The notes beneath the pieces were generated by a model. The model ran no database searches. It had not been told where the DNA came from and saw only the letters and a program-made list of their open reading frames with translations. A stretch of DNA of 64,000 nucleotides, from assembly GCA_030649135.1 (NCBI GenBank), contig JAUSGI010000008.1:152896-216895 (forward strand), in the 5' to 3' direction. Positions 28,696 to 37,955 of this stretch are shown piece after piece (the first letter of the stretch is position 1; each line of letters starts with the position of its first letter). The position numbers and the translations under genes are program-made. This DNA is from a bacterium (lineage in GTDB: Bacteria > Patescibacteriota > Minisyncoccia > Phycocordibacterales > Zambryskibacteraceae).

Positions 28696-28727
28696 AATAT
28701 TTTTTATTTCAGGATAATGTCAAAGAC

Positions 28728-28748
28728 GGTCTTTGACATACACATACA
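28728..28748. repeat. REP-like palindrome tgtcaaagacggtctttgaca (copy 1c, inverted centre)
   Basis: Same arms with centre g instead of c, so opposite orientation. Confidence 0.8.
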
Positions 28749-28783
28749 TTTGAGAATGGAGATTTTTTCACAAGCATAAATAA

Positions 28784-31222
28784 TCAAAAACAAATTAAGG
28801 AAGCTATGCTATCCCCCTCTCTTAATTTCATAATCCTTACTCCCTGAGTCTGGCGACCCAACTCCGGAATCTCTTTGAGCCCAACCCGGACTACCTGACT
28901 CTTTTTGGAAATAGCTATGACTTCGTCTTCTTGGTCGGTCACCACTTGCGAGGCGATAACCTGACCAGTTTTCGGTGTCACTTTAGAAGTGAGAATACCG
29001 GAACCACCCCTGCCTTGTACTTTGTATTCGGATAGTTCCGTGCGCTTACCGTAGCCATTGGCAGAAATGACCAAGAGATGACCCGCTTTCTCTTCTGATT
29101 TGATATGGTGCGCGCCCACGACCAGGTCCCCTTTGCCGAGCTTAATCCCCCTCACTCCTCCCGCGCCACGGCCCATCTCACGAATGGCCGATTCCTTAAA
29201 CCGGATGGACTGGCCTTTTTTCGTCACAATGGACATGTCATCGTTCTTCTCGACCAATTCAACCGATATCAATCTGTCTCCCGGAGAAAGTTTGATGGCA
29301 ATGATGCCGGAAGCGCGCACGTCATGAAAACTTTTAGCCGAGACTTTCTTGGCGGTACCGTTTTCCGTAATCATAAATAGCGAACCACCGATATCCTTCT
29401 TGCCCTTGCCCATCGCCAGAATGGAAGTCACCTTCTCGTCATCAGAAAGTGAAATGAAATTCATCACCGACTTGCCGCGCGTAGCGCGCTTACCCTCCGG
29501 AATGTCATACATCTTGATTTGATAAGCCTTACCCTTGTCGGTAAAGAACAAGAGGTCGGCATGGGTGCTGGCAGTCAAAAAATTGGTGACAAAGTCCTCT
29601 TCTTTGGTATCCAGGTCTACCACTCCTACCCCGCCACGTTTCTGGCGTCTGTATTCATCCGGATTGGTGCGCTTGATGTATCCACCTGATGTTAGAACTA
29701 GCGTATTCTCTTCCTCTGGCACCAAATCTTCGACAGAAAGAATTTTGACTCCCCCTTTGATTACTTTGGTGCGACGCTCGTCACCATACTTATCTTTAAT
29801 ATCTTGTAGTTCAGTCTTGACTACTTTTAAAATTTTAGCGTTCGAGGCCAATAATTCTTTCAGCTCTTTGATAAAAGCTTGGACTTCTTTAAGTTCATCC
29901 TCCACTTTCTGGCGTTCCAGACCGGCCAGTTTCTGGAGCTTCATTTCGAGAATGGCATTGGCCTGCAATTCGGAAAGTTTAAATTCTTTTATCAAACCGG
30001 CTCGGGCGTCGTCAACGCTTGATGAGGCTCGAATGAGTTTGATAACTCGGTCAATGTTGTCGAGAGCAATCGTAAGACCGAGCAGAATGTGTTCGCGTTC
30101 CTCGGCTTTGGCCAAATCAAATGCTGTACGACGCTTGACCACTACCTCTCGATGTTTGAGAAACTCAATGAGCATGCTCTTGAGTGATAGAGTCTGAGGT
30201 ACGCCATCGACCAATGCCACGAGATTGAAGTGGAAAGTTTCCTCGAGTTGGGTATGTTTGTAGAGAGCATTTAAGATTTTCTGCGGTTGACTGCCATTTT
30301 TAAGATCAATAACCACCCGAACGTCTTTAGTCGACTCATCACGCAAACCCTTCACCCCTTCAATCTTCTTCTCTCGCACTAAGTCCGCAATTTTAGGTAT
30401 TAACCCCTCCGCTTTATTTACTCGGTATGGAATCGCGGTGATGATAATCTGATTACCGCCGCCCTTACCTTCCACAATCTCAGCCACACCACGGACCACC
30501 ACTGGCCCTCGACCGGTAGCATAAGCATGGTGAATATCTTTTTCATTAAAAATAATACCGCCAGTGGGAAAGTCTGGGCCCTTTATAAACCCGAGTAAAT
30601 CTTCCGTAGTCGCATCACGATTATCAGCTAGGTGGACCGTAGCATCAATAACTTCCGAAAGATTATGAGGTGGAATATTGGTAGCCATGCCCACGGCGAT
30701 ACCCAAAGTACCGTTGAGTAAAAGGTTAGGCGTTGCCGCCGGTAAAACTACCGGCTCTGACCTTGTACCATCGTAATTGGGTCTGAAGTCTACCGTATCT
30801 TTATCAATATCTTTAAGCATTTCACCTGCCAGACGTGACATCTTCGCCTCGGTGTAACGATAAGCAGCGGCACTATCTCCGTCTATTGAACCGAAATTTC
30901 CTTGTCCGATAACCAAGGGATAACGCATCGAGAAATCCTGTGTCATTTTGACCATGGCTTCGTAGACAGAGGAGTCGCCATGCGGGTGATATTTGCCGAG
31001 CACGTCTCCAACGATGGTGGCGGACTTCTTGGTCTTAGCGCCCGCGTTAAGACCAATCTCATTCATGGCATAGAGAATACGGCGGTGCACCGGCTTGAGG
31101 CCATCACGCACATCAGGCAATGCGCGGTCGGTGATGACCGACATGGCATAGTCGATAAACGACTCCTTCATCTCGCTCGTAATCGGGCGAGAGATAACTC
31201 TGTCTCCGTCCTTATTCGCCAT
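28784..31222 (-). CDS. gyrA: DNA gyrase subunit A
   Basis: [29 protein letters not shown]. Full GyrA with C-terminal beta-pinwheel repeats. Confidence 0.9.
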   Translation of the reverse strand: MANKDGDRVISRPITSEMKESFIDYAMSVITDRALPDVRDGLKPVHRRILYAMNEIGLNAGAKTKKSATIVGDVLGKYHPHGDSSVYEAMVKMTQDFSMRYPLVIGQGNFGSIDGDSAAAYRYTEAKMSRLAGEMLKDIDKDTVDFRPNYDGTRSEPVVLPAATPNLLLNGTLGIAVGMATNIPPHNLSEVIDATVHLADNRDATTEDLLGFIKGPDFPTGGIIFNEKDIHHAYATGRGPVVVRGVAEIVEGKGGGNQIIITAIPYRVNKAEGLIPKIADLVREKKIEGVKGLRDESTKDVRVVIDLKNGSQPQKILNALYKHTQLEETFHFNLVALVDGVPQTLSLKSMLIEFLKHREVVVKRRTAFDLAKAEEREHILLGLTIALDNIDRVIKLIRASSSVDDARAGLIKEFKLSELQANAILEMKLQKLAGLERQKVEDELKEVQAFIKELKELLASNAKILKVVKTELQDIKDKYGDERRTKVIKGGVKILSVEDLVPEEENTLVLTSGGYIKRTNPDEYRRQKRGGVGVVDLDTKEEDFVTNFLTASTHADLLFFTDKGKAYQIKMYDIPEGKRATRGKSVMNFISLSDDEKVTSILAMGKGKKDIGGSLFMITENGTAKKVSAKSFHDVRASGIIAIKLSPGDRLISVELVEKNDDMSIVTKKGQSIRFKESAIREMGRGAGGVRGIKLGKGDLVVGAHHIKSEEKAGHLLVISANGYGKRTELSEYKVQGRGGSGILTSKVTPKTGQVIASQVVTDQEDEVIAISKKSQVVRVGLKEIPELGRQTQGVRIMKLREGDSIASLICF

Positions 31223-31565
31223 ATACATCTAAAGCGCCATCTCTCATCTCTTTGTATTCAGCTTCCAAGTCTACCGCTTTTAAACCGGACTTGAGCGCTC
31301 CGAAATTCTCCCGAAAGGCTTCGAGACTGGTGCTCAAGTTCATGCGCAATGATTCAAACGGACTTACTTCCGTCTCCGGTTGAGCAGACGCTTCTTGAGA
31401 ACTGCCACTTTCGGCGACAATCTTTGTGTTGGTACTATTAATACCGAAAGTGGCGAGAGACCAAACTCCGAAAATAAAAAGGGTGATAGAGCTTGAAGCC
31501 AGAAAGGCAAATTGCTTCTTATGGCGTTCGGGTTTGGTGTGAAGTGTTGAAAGATATCTACGCAT
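31212..31565 (-). CDS. Hypothetical small membrane protein
   Basis: Single TM helix. No recognisable domain. Confidence 0.3.
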   Translation of the reverse strand: MRRYLSTLHTKPERHKKQFAFLASSSITLFIFGVWSLATFGINSTNTKIVAESGSSQEASAQPETEVSPFESLRMNLSTSLEAFRENFGALKSGLKAVDLEAEYKEMRDGALDVYGE

Positions 31566-31577
31566 ATTCGTTATTTA

Positions 31578-32252
31578 TTATTCTTCTTTAATTACCACAA
31601 TCTCGCCTTCTTTGCCTTCCAAGTCTTTCTTCTTAACCACCAATTTATCGAGTGATTCCATTCTAGCTTGGCCACCTTCTTTTATAAACTGTTCCAAAGT
31701 CTCTTTAGTATAGTACATCGGTATGATAATAGACGGCTCGAGAGAAACGGCAAGTTTATAAGCGGATGCCGCACCCAACATACCTTGTCCGCCGATAGGC
31801 ACAAACAGTATATCGATATCTTCTATCGCTTCGAGAGTCTCATCCGAGAGAGTTGGATTGGCGAGCGCGCCGAGGAAACATAGATTCATCCCTTCGAAGA
31901 AGACGAGATAAATTGTATTTATTTTCTTGGCGGGCTTGCCCGCCGACCCGGTGGCGGGTCCTTCCGAAAGAAAACCCTTTACGAAAACGTCTTTGATTTC
32001 ATACTCGCCCGGACCGTCTATGACGAAAGACTCTTTATCGCCCCCGCCTGCAATGCCTGCGGATGCATGGCGGGCAGGTCGAGAAGTCTGGTCACGCCCG
32101 TTAAAGTCGGGCAGATTCGTAGTAATGAGAGTGACATCAGCGCCAAATCTCGCTGGTTTTAATTTAGAATCTTTCGATATCGGATTGAACGCCAGGGTAA
32201 TATCTCCTTGGGAGATTTTGAAGCATTCCGCGCCGTGATAAGTGATTACCAT
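31578..32252 (-). CDS. MBL-fold metal-dependent hydrolase (COG2220-like)
   Basis: Beta-lactamase-fold periodicity (MVITYHGAECFKI...). No classic HxHxDH motif, so the fold assignment is weak. Confidence 0.55.
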   Translation of the reverse strand: MVITYHGAECFKISQGDITLAFNPISKDSKLKPARFGADVTLITTNLPDFNGRDQTSRPARHASAGIAGGGDKESFVIDGPGEYEIKDVFVKGFLSEGPATGSAGKPAKKINTIYLVFFEGMNLCFLGALANPTLSDETLEAIEDIDILFVPIGGQGMLGAASAYKLAVSLEPSIIIPMYYTKETLEQFIKEGGQARMESLDKLVVKKKDLEGKEGEIVVIKEE

Positions 32253-32321
32253 TGCTCCATTTTAGCATAAAACAGTGCTATTTGCCAGCGTTTTCCGCCT
32301 TGAATTCCCTTCCCTTTCTTC

Positions 32322-32350
32322 TTGACAAAGAGTGTTATATATGATAGGAT
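32322..32350 (+). promoter_or_regulatory. Putative promoter TTGACA-N17-TAGGAT (TGtTATATA nearby) upstream of the LysM gene
   Basis: -35 at 32322-32327. Candidate -10 at 32345-32350. Confidence 0.35.
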
Positions 32351-32427
32351 TCTAGAGGACCTTGGGAGCACCTGCCATACCGGCATGGTGCGCTCGTTAA
32401 CCCAGTTCATTCACAAGGAGACAAGAG

Positions 32428-33564
32428 ATGACACGACGCATTGCTTTGTTCACGCTGGTCGCAATCCTCTGGATTGCTCAGACCAGCCTCGCGCAGGCAC
32501 CCTATCAGGTGAAGGAGGGAGACACCCTCTACGCCCTGAAGGGGATCTACTCGGCTAACCAACCCGAGTGGAAAGCGCTCACGATCGTGAACCCGCAGCT
32601 CGCGGAACCCGGCCGAGCCTTCACCGATACGCAGAAACGATTTATCGTCATCCTGCGCCTGGGTGAACGGCTCAAGGGCCTCGAAATGCTCGGCATAACC
32701 GCCCAGCCGATACTCGTTACCGGGTTCGTAGCGCCAGCGCCGACCACGAAAAACGTCGTCACAGACATCACTGCCAGTGCCGATAGCCACAACAGGTGGC
32801 TCATCGCGCTCATGGCAACAGTGTTGGCGCTCATCATTCCCTACCTGATCTTCCGGTATCTGCCGGAATCGCGTAGGCCGAACCTTCCGTTCCTCGGGAG
32901 GTATAACCCGGCACTCACCACGAACCCTGTCACGGCGGCTCCCCCGATGGTCGCCGGAGGCATCGCCTCTGACAATCATGACGCTATCAGGCGCCAGTTC
33001 CGGGAACAGGCGGCGCGGACGTACGCGTCGACGCACGGCGGTGTTATACCCCAGATGAGTGACATCCGCATCGTCGGCAACATCATCCATGGTACGCTAC
33101 ACGACGTCTGGGAAACCTCAGACGCCAATGGCCGCTGGATTCCCCGCCGCTACAACGGCGAGCCAGGGTTCCAGGCGATGGTCTCGGTCAACAACGCCGA
33201 ACCAGCGCTCCAGACATGGTCACAACCATGTGGCAACGATCTGCGTATCGGGCGACGCTACCGTGGCGGGCGCTTCATATCCCGCCCTGCGGCCGGGACG
33301 ATTCCGGCTCAGGCTCCAGCCACTCCAGTGGCTCCGCTTCGTCCGCACATCGCGGTGGCGCAGGAGCCGGACGGGCAGGTGGTCACCATCACGGTCGGCG
33401 GTATGCGTTACACCACTCATGGCAATGACATCCACGTCAACGTGGATCAGGGGGGCGCTGTGACGGATGTCACAGCGAACGGCCAGATCCGCGTGGCGAA
33501 GGTGCCGAAGCGGACGAAACCACGTGTGGTACGACCGGCGGCGACAGGTACACGCGACAAGTAG
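32428..33564 (+). CDS. Secreted/membrane LysM-domain protein (GC-rich island)
   Basis: Signal peptide, LysM motif YQVKEGDTLYALKGIY, internal TM. About 60% GC versus ~47% background. Confidence 0.6.
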   Translation: MTRRIALFTLVAILWIAQTSLAQAPYQVKEGDTLYALKGIYSANQPEWKALTIVNPQLAEPGRAFTDTQKRFIVILRLGERLKGLEMLGITAQPILVTGFVAPAPTTKNVVTDITASADSHNRWLIALMATVLALIIPYLIFRYLPESRRPNLPFLGRYNPALTTNPVTAAPPMVAGGIASDNHDAIRRQFREQAARTYASTHGGVIPQMSDIRIVGNIIHGTLHDVWETSDANGRWIPRRYNGEPGFQAMVSVNNAEPALQTWSQPCGNDLRIGRRYRGGRFISRPAAGTIPAQAPATPVAPLRPHIAVAQEPDGQVVTITVGGMRYTTHGNDIHVNVDQGGAVTDVTANGQIRVAKVPKRTKPRVVRPAATGTRDK

Positions 33565-33619
33565 TACAAACGCGGCCAGACGTTAATCTGGCAAAGTCCG
33601 GGGAGACTTAACTCCCCAC

Positions 33620-33651
33620 GGGCAGGTCATCGTGACCTGCCCTTTTTCGTT
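33620..33651 (+). terminator. Rho-independent terminator
   Basis: Hairpin gggcaggtca-tcg-tgacctgccc followed by ttttt. Confidence 0.55.
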
Positions 33652-33657
33652 ACAAGT

Positions 33658-33975
33658 TTATACGCGAGGGCGGGCTAAAAAGGCGAACCACATGAAATAG
33701 CGTTCAACATCCGGCAGGAAGCTGTGATATTCCTTTCCCCCCAGAACCGCATCGGCGAAGACTTCTCTCGCTCGGTCAATTTCTGACCTGCGTTTTTTCC
33801 ACCTCTTGTCCATTTGCGTCAGCTCGAAAAGTTCCATGGCTCGTCCCACCGCTCCCCAGAAAGATTTCTCGTCTTTACCTTGCCACTTGGCGGCACGTCC
33901 GACTTCACTACCAATATTACCGAGTTGTTCGGCCAGAGTCAGAGTAAACCACCTTTCTTTCGAGACCGTTGCCAT
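33658..33975 (-). CDS. Hypothetical all-alpha protein
   Basis: 105 aa, helical, no confident family. Confidence 0.35.
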   Translation of the reverse strand: MATVSKERWFTLTLAEQLGNIGSEVGRAAKWQGKDEKSFWGAVGRAMELFELTQMDKRWKKRRSEIDRAREVFADAVLGGKEYHSFLPDVERYFMWFAFLARPRV

Positions 33976-33976
33976 G

Positions 33977-34327
33977 TTACTTAACTATCTTAGTTACGAT
34001 TTCTACAATTTTATTTTGGATTCCAATATCCCCAACACCTCGAGTCTTATTGCCAAGGACTGGCTTAAGATTAATCATTGAATCGAATTCAATAAAATCT
34101 TCCCCAGATTTTTCTAGATATAAGTTGATGCCCCAAGTATCCTCCCCGCGCGAATTTTCTTTTTCAATAAGTTGCGACTGTATATCGACATGGAGTTCCC
34201 CACCAACTCCCAAGATACCTTGCCCGACATCTACTACCGCCTTTATGATATCGCCATAAAGTTCGCGAGCGAGTTCCCTTAGCTCTTCTCTGGAAATTGA
34301 ATCCTTGACTATTCTTGTTTCAACCAT
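33977..34327 (-). CDS. Hypothetical protein
   Basis: 116 aa. Tightly linked to the previous gene (2-nt gap). Confidence 0.35.
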   Translation of the reverse strand: MVETRIVKDSISREELRELARELYGDIIKAVVDVGQGILGVGGELHVDIQSQLIEKENSRGEDTWGINLYLEKSGEDFIEFDSMINLKPVLGNKTRGVGDIGIQNKIVEIVTKIVK

Positions 34328-34362
34328 GGGGATATAATAGCATCAACTTTTGACCTTTTTGT

Positions 34363-35541
34363 TTGATTTTGATATTATGGACCCCGTTCCTTATTAACCC
34401 CCGCTTTCGTTACCCCCCGCGCTTCGGCAAACACTCTATAAAGCGCGAGGACCGGAAACGGCCCATCAATTTGACTACTAATACTGCAGAAGTTGACGCA
34501 TTTCTAACAAGCATCCCCAATCCCCCTTCCATCGATGACCTCGTGGAAGGTCCTGTCATCAGTATTGATAAAGGCGCGGTCTATGTCGACCTGCCGCCTT
34601 TCGGCACCGGTATCATCTACGGTCGCGAGTTTATAAACGCCCGAGACATTATCAAAAAGATTAACGTCTCCGACATTGTCGCCGGCAAAGTGGTCGGCAT
34701 CGGTGGTAAAGAAGGTTATATCGAAATTTCCCTGAAGGAGGCGCGTCAGGCCCTAATCTGGAGCGAGGCTGAGGAAGCTATTCGCGAGAAACGCATATAC
34801 GAGCTTCCTATCACAGATGCCAACAAGGGTGGTCTCATTATTAACTGGCAAGGCCTCTCCGGTTTCCTGCCTGCTTCCCAACTTAAACCGGAACATTACC
34901 CGCGCATCTCCGACGGAGACAAAGACAAAATTCTTGATGAATTGAAGAAACTGGTTGGGGAAAAACTCTCGGTCACCATTATTGGCGCCAGTCCCAAAGA
35001 AGGCAAACTTATTTTCTCGGAGAAAAGTCCCGAGACCAAAGATAAAGAAAATATTGTGGCCCGTTACACTTTGGGCGACGAAATTGTGGGCGAAGTCACC
35101 GGTCTCGTCGACTTCGGTATTTTCATTAAACTGGAAGAAGGGCTGGAAGGGCTGGTGCACATCTCGGAAATTGATTGGGGTCTTGTAGAAAATCCCAAAA
35201 CCATGTTCAGGATAGGTGAAAAAGTACGTGTGAAGGTTATCGAGATTAAGGATGACAAAATTTCTCTCTCTATTAAAGCCTTGAAAGAAAACCCTTGGCG
35301 AGAAGCGGAAAAGAAATACAAGAAAGACGCCATTGTAGACGGTATCATTATTAAATTCAACAAGTACGGAGCGCTTGCTTCAATTGAGGAGGGTGTGGCG
35401 GGCCTGGTGCATATCTCCGAATTTGGTTCGGAAGAAAAACTGCGCGAGAAACTCGAAATGGGCAAGGTCTACACTTTCAAAATCACCCTCTTCGACCCCA
35501 AAGAGCAAAAGATGGCACTCTCGTTCATCGACAAGAAATAA
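34363..35541 (+). CDS. rpsA: 30S ribosomal protein S1 (multiple S1 domains)
   Basis: Repeated S1 motifs (GxV..I..fGaFV-like: GKVVGIGGKEGYIEIS, GEVTGLVDFGIFIKLEEG, etc.). No in-frame ATG near the conserved start, so probably a non-ATG start. Confidence 0.75.
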   Translation: MILILWTPFLINPRFRYPPRFGKHSIKREDRKRPINLTTNTAEVDAFLTSIPNPPSIDDLVEGPVISIDKGAVYVDLPPFGTGIIYGREFINARDIIKKINVSDIVAGKVVGIGGKEGYIEISLKEARQALIWSEAEEAIREKRIYELPITDANKGGLIINWQGLSGFLPASQLKPEHYPRISDGDKDKILDELKKLVGEKLSVTIIGASPKEGKLIFSEKSPETKDKENIVARYTLGDEIVGEVTGLVDFGIFIKLEEGLEGLVHISEIDWGLVENPKTMFRIGEKVRVKVIEIKDDKISLSIKALKENPWREAEKKYKKDAIVDGIIIKFNKYGALASIEEGVAGLVHISEFGSEEKLREKLEMGKVYTFKITLFDPKEQKMALSFIDKK

Positions 35542-35550
35542 TCCATCCCT

Positions 35551-35575
35551 TTGTCAAACACTGGGTGTTAGACAA
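35551..35575. repeat. REP-like imperfect palindrome ttgtcaaacactgggtgttagacaa (copy 2a)
   Basis: Abuts the RAYT-2 stop codon. Confidence 0.7.
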
Positions 35576-36235
35576 CTATAGGATCTTCAAATAATCTAGC
35601 TCTTCTTCTAGAAGTTTTGCTGGACTTGTCCTAGTAAACTCTTGGTATTTGTCTGGGCCTTTGAATTGACCTAGAACGATTTCTGATAAAAGCAGACTTC
35701 CCCATCGATTTTCTTTTATAAAATCTTGATAGCTTGACCAAGGATATTGGTCTTCTTTCTTAAACCACTTCCCAATCTCTCTCGGGTTTCTATGAATATA
35801 GCTAGACAGATATAAAAGCTGATGATCACCTTCTATATGAACCGCACGATAAGGCCCTTGAAAAACATGTCCAGATTTATCATATCTGGTATTGTAATAT
35901 TTGGCATAAGCATTAAGCACTCTCTGCATATAAGCTGCTATGCCTTCTTCTTCAACTTCTTTGACCAATAAGTGGAAATGGTTTGGCATGATACGGAAAG
36001 AAACAAGCTCAACTGTACGCTTTTTAACAATCTCCTCTGTATTATCTAACACCCGGTGTTTGACGAAATCCTTTACTGACCTACCAACCTGTGGAAAAGT
36101 TACTTCTGATTGGAAGTAAAGAATGAGGAAAAGAAATCTGTTGTAGTCTCCTGTATCATGAAAAATAACTTGTTTGTGTACACCCCTATTACACAAATGA
36201 TAATACTCGTTTGGAGACAACCGTGTTCTTCTCAT
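35576..36235 (-). CDS. REP-associated tyrosine transposase (RAYT)/IS200-like, paralog 2
   Basis: YYHLCNRGVHKQVIF, HUH FRIMPNHFHLLVKE, Tyr motif SYIHRNP. AT-rich. Confidence 0.75.
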   Translation of the reverse strand: MRRTRLSPNEYYHLCNRGVHKQVIFHDTGDYNRFLFLILYFQSEVTFPQVGRSVKDFVKHRVLDNTEEIVKKRTVELVSFRIMPNHFHLLVKEVEEEGIAAYMQRVLNAYAKYYNTRYDKSGHVFQGPYRAVHIEGDHQLLYLSSYIHRNPREIGKWFKKEDQYPWSSYQDFIKENRWGSLLLSEIVLGQFKGPDKYQEFTRTSPAKLLEEELDYLKIL

Positions 36236-36245
36236 ATATTCATTA

Positions 36246-36270
36246 TGTCAAATACCCGGTGTTTGACAAA
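36246..36270. repeat. REP-like imperfect palindrome tgtcaaatacccggtgtttgacaaa (copy 2b)
   Basis: 10 bp upstream of the RAYT-2 start. A degenerate third copy lies inside the gene at 36045-36064. Confidence 0.7.
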
Positions 36271-36287
36271 CTTATATATCCTTAATA

Positions 36288-36842
36288 TTACTTGACCGGA
36301 TGGTCAAGTTGATAAATCTGGGTATCGTAGCCTCTGGTTTCTTCGTCATTTCTGGAAAGTCCCAGAGATTCAAGTTCTTTGAATAATTCTTCCCTGACTT
36401 CCTCTGCGTCGATGTCTTCTTCAGTCAGCTTTTCAAGCTCGATAAATGTCCCAAGTTTTTCCACTTCATCCAGACAAATCTCATACGGTCCGAGTTTGCC
36501 CTTCCGACGCATTTTCTTTACCTCGACTACCGGATACCACCCCAGTAGCTCAAGCATATGGTGGACTTGTTTCGGATCTGCCACTTCTGTCTCGCACTCA
36601 ATATTGTCGCTCTCGTTGGAACGCTGCTGTTTGAGGGTAAGCTCAGCAGAATCCTTCAAGTAGCGGATGCGAATAACAATATCTCCCTCCTGTGCCGATT
36701 GGAATTCATTCCTCGAACCCTTGAGAGAATAGACAACATCATGCTGGCTTATCGGTTCTGAAAGAACGCAGCCTTTCTCTTTGAGCTTTTGCTCAATTTC
36801 TTCCAGATTCTTCGCTTTCAGCTTTACTTCTATTTCTCTCAT
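36288..36842 (-). CDS. CYTH-domain protein (class IV adenylate cyclase / triphosphatase-like)
   Basis: N-terminal MREIEVKLKA (ExExK motif) and acidic C-terminal strands. Confidence 0.65.
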   Translation of the reverse strand: MREIEVKLKAKNLEEIEQKLKEKGCVLSEPISQHDVVYSLKGSRNEFQSAQEGDIVIRIRYLKDSAELTLKQQRSNESDNIECETEVADPKQVHHMLELLGWYPVVEVKKMRRKGKLGPYEICLDEVEKLGTFIELEKLTEEDIDAEEVREELFKELESLGLSRNDEETRGYDTQIYQLDHPVK

Positions 36843-36846
36843 GCAG

Positions 36847-37374
36847 TTATTTATTAAATTCCGTCATGGCGCGAGTGAGGCCGTGTTCGACGATAGCTTC
36901 AACCGCTCCTTGTGCGCGTTTGAACACTTTTTTCAAAATCTCTGTTTCAGATTTTTTAAATTCTCCCAAAATATGCTTTTCTACTGCTGCCTCCCCTTTC
37001 GGCTTTTTGATTTTGCCGGAAGGAGTAACCGGTGAAATGCCAATGCGAATACGAATAAACCCTTCAGTCTTGAGAGCGCGGATAACTGACTCTAATCCCC
37101 TGTGCCCGCCCGAAGAACGATTATAAGAAACTTTCAGCGTACCTATGGGTAAATCCAAATCATCATAAATCACGATTAATTTCTCCGCCGCCTTTTTGTT
37201 TTTGACTACCTTGGCGACACCACTTCCCGATTTATTCATAAAGGTATCAAGATGTACCAACTTTATTCCCGTTAATTCTTTTTTTGTCAAATACTCCAGT
37301 GTCAAGCGACCGGTGTTGTGCCGGGTGCGCGCATACTGGTCGCCGGGATTACCTAAACCCACGATGATATACAT
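36847..37374 (-). CDS. pth: Peptidyl-tRNA hydrolase
   Basis: MYIIVGLGNPGDQYARTRHN. Confidence 0.9.
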   Translation of the reverse strand: MYIIVGLGNPGDQYARTRHNTGRLTLEYLTKKELTGIKLVHLDTFMNKSGSGVAKVVKNKKAAEKLIVIYDDLDLPIGTLKVSYNRSSGGHRGLESVIRALKTEGFIRIRIGISPVTPSGKIKKPKGEAAVEKHILGEFKKSETEILKKVFKRAQGAVEAIVEHGLTRAMTEFNK

Positions 37375-37421
37375 ACCGCTATTGTGTCAAATCAAGTTAA
37401 AGAATACAATCTTAGCAAATT

Positions 37422-37955
37422 ATGAATTCTAATTTCTGGAAAGAGCTCATCAAACTTGTTCTCATATCCCTCCTAATAGTAGTGCCGTTCCGTGTCTATA
37501 TTGCTCAACCCTTCTTGGTGGATGGCGCGTCTATGGACCCGACATTCGAGACGGGAGACTATCTCATAGTCGATGAGCTTACCTACCATTTCAAGCAACC
37601 GGAGCGCGGTTCTGTCGTTATCTTCAAATATCCCAAGGACCCCAGAAAATCTTTCATTAAACGTATCATCGGCCTGCCTAACGAAACAGTGACCCTCTCC
37701 GACGGACAGGTCACTATTGTAAACACCGCATATCCGGACGGTTTGGTGCTTGATGAACCGTATGTGGTGTTGAGGAAGTCCGACAATTTGAGTTACACGC
37801 TTGGCCCGGGCGAATATTTCGTCATGGGGGACAACCGCTTGGCGAGTGCCGACTCGCGTATCTGGGGCTCGGTACCGGAGGAAAACATTATCGGCCGACC
37901 TGTTATACGCCTGCTCCCTCCGGCGCTTTTCCCCGGTGATAACTCCAATGATTGA
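37422..37955 (+). CDS. lepB: Signal peptidase I
   Basis: GASMDPTF (Ser box), KRIIGLPNE (Lys box), GDNRLASADSR. Confidence 0.85.
   Translation: MNSNFWKELIKLVLISLLIVVPFRVYIAQPFLVDGASMDPTFETGDYLIVDELTYHFKQPERGSVVIFKYPKDPRKSFIKRIIGLPNETVTLSDGQVTIVNTAYPDGLVLDEPYVVLRKSDNLSYTLGPGEYFVMGDNRLASADSRIWGSVPEENIIGRPVIRLLPPALFPGDNSND

Noticed and set aside
32407-33090. 227-aa minus-strand ORF (and other long ORFs) in the GC-rich island
   Set aside because: High GC suppresses stop codons on all frames. The plus-strand ORF has a signal peptide and LysM motif.
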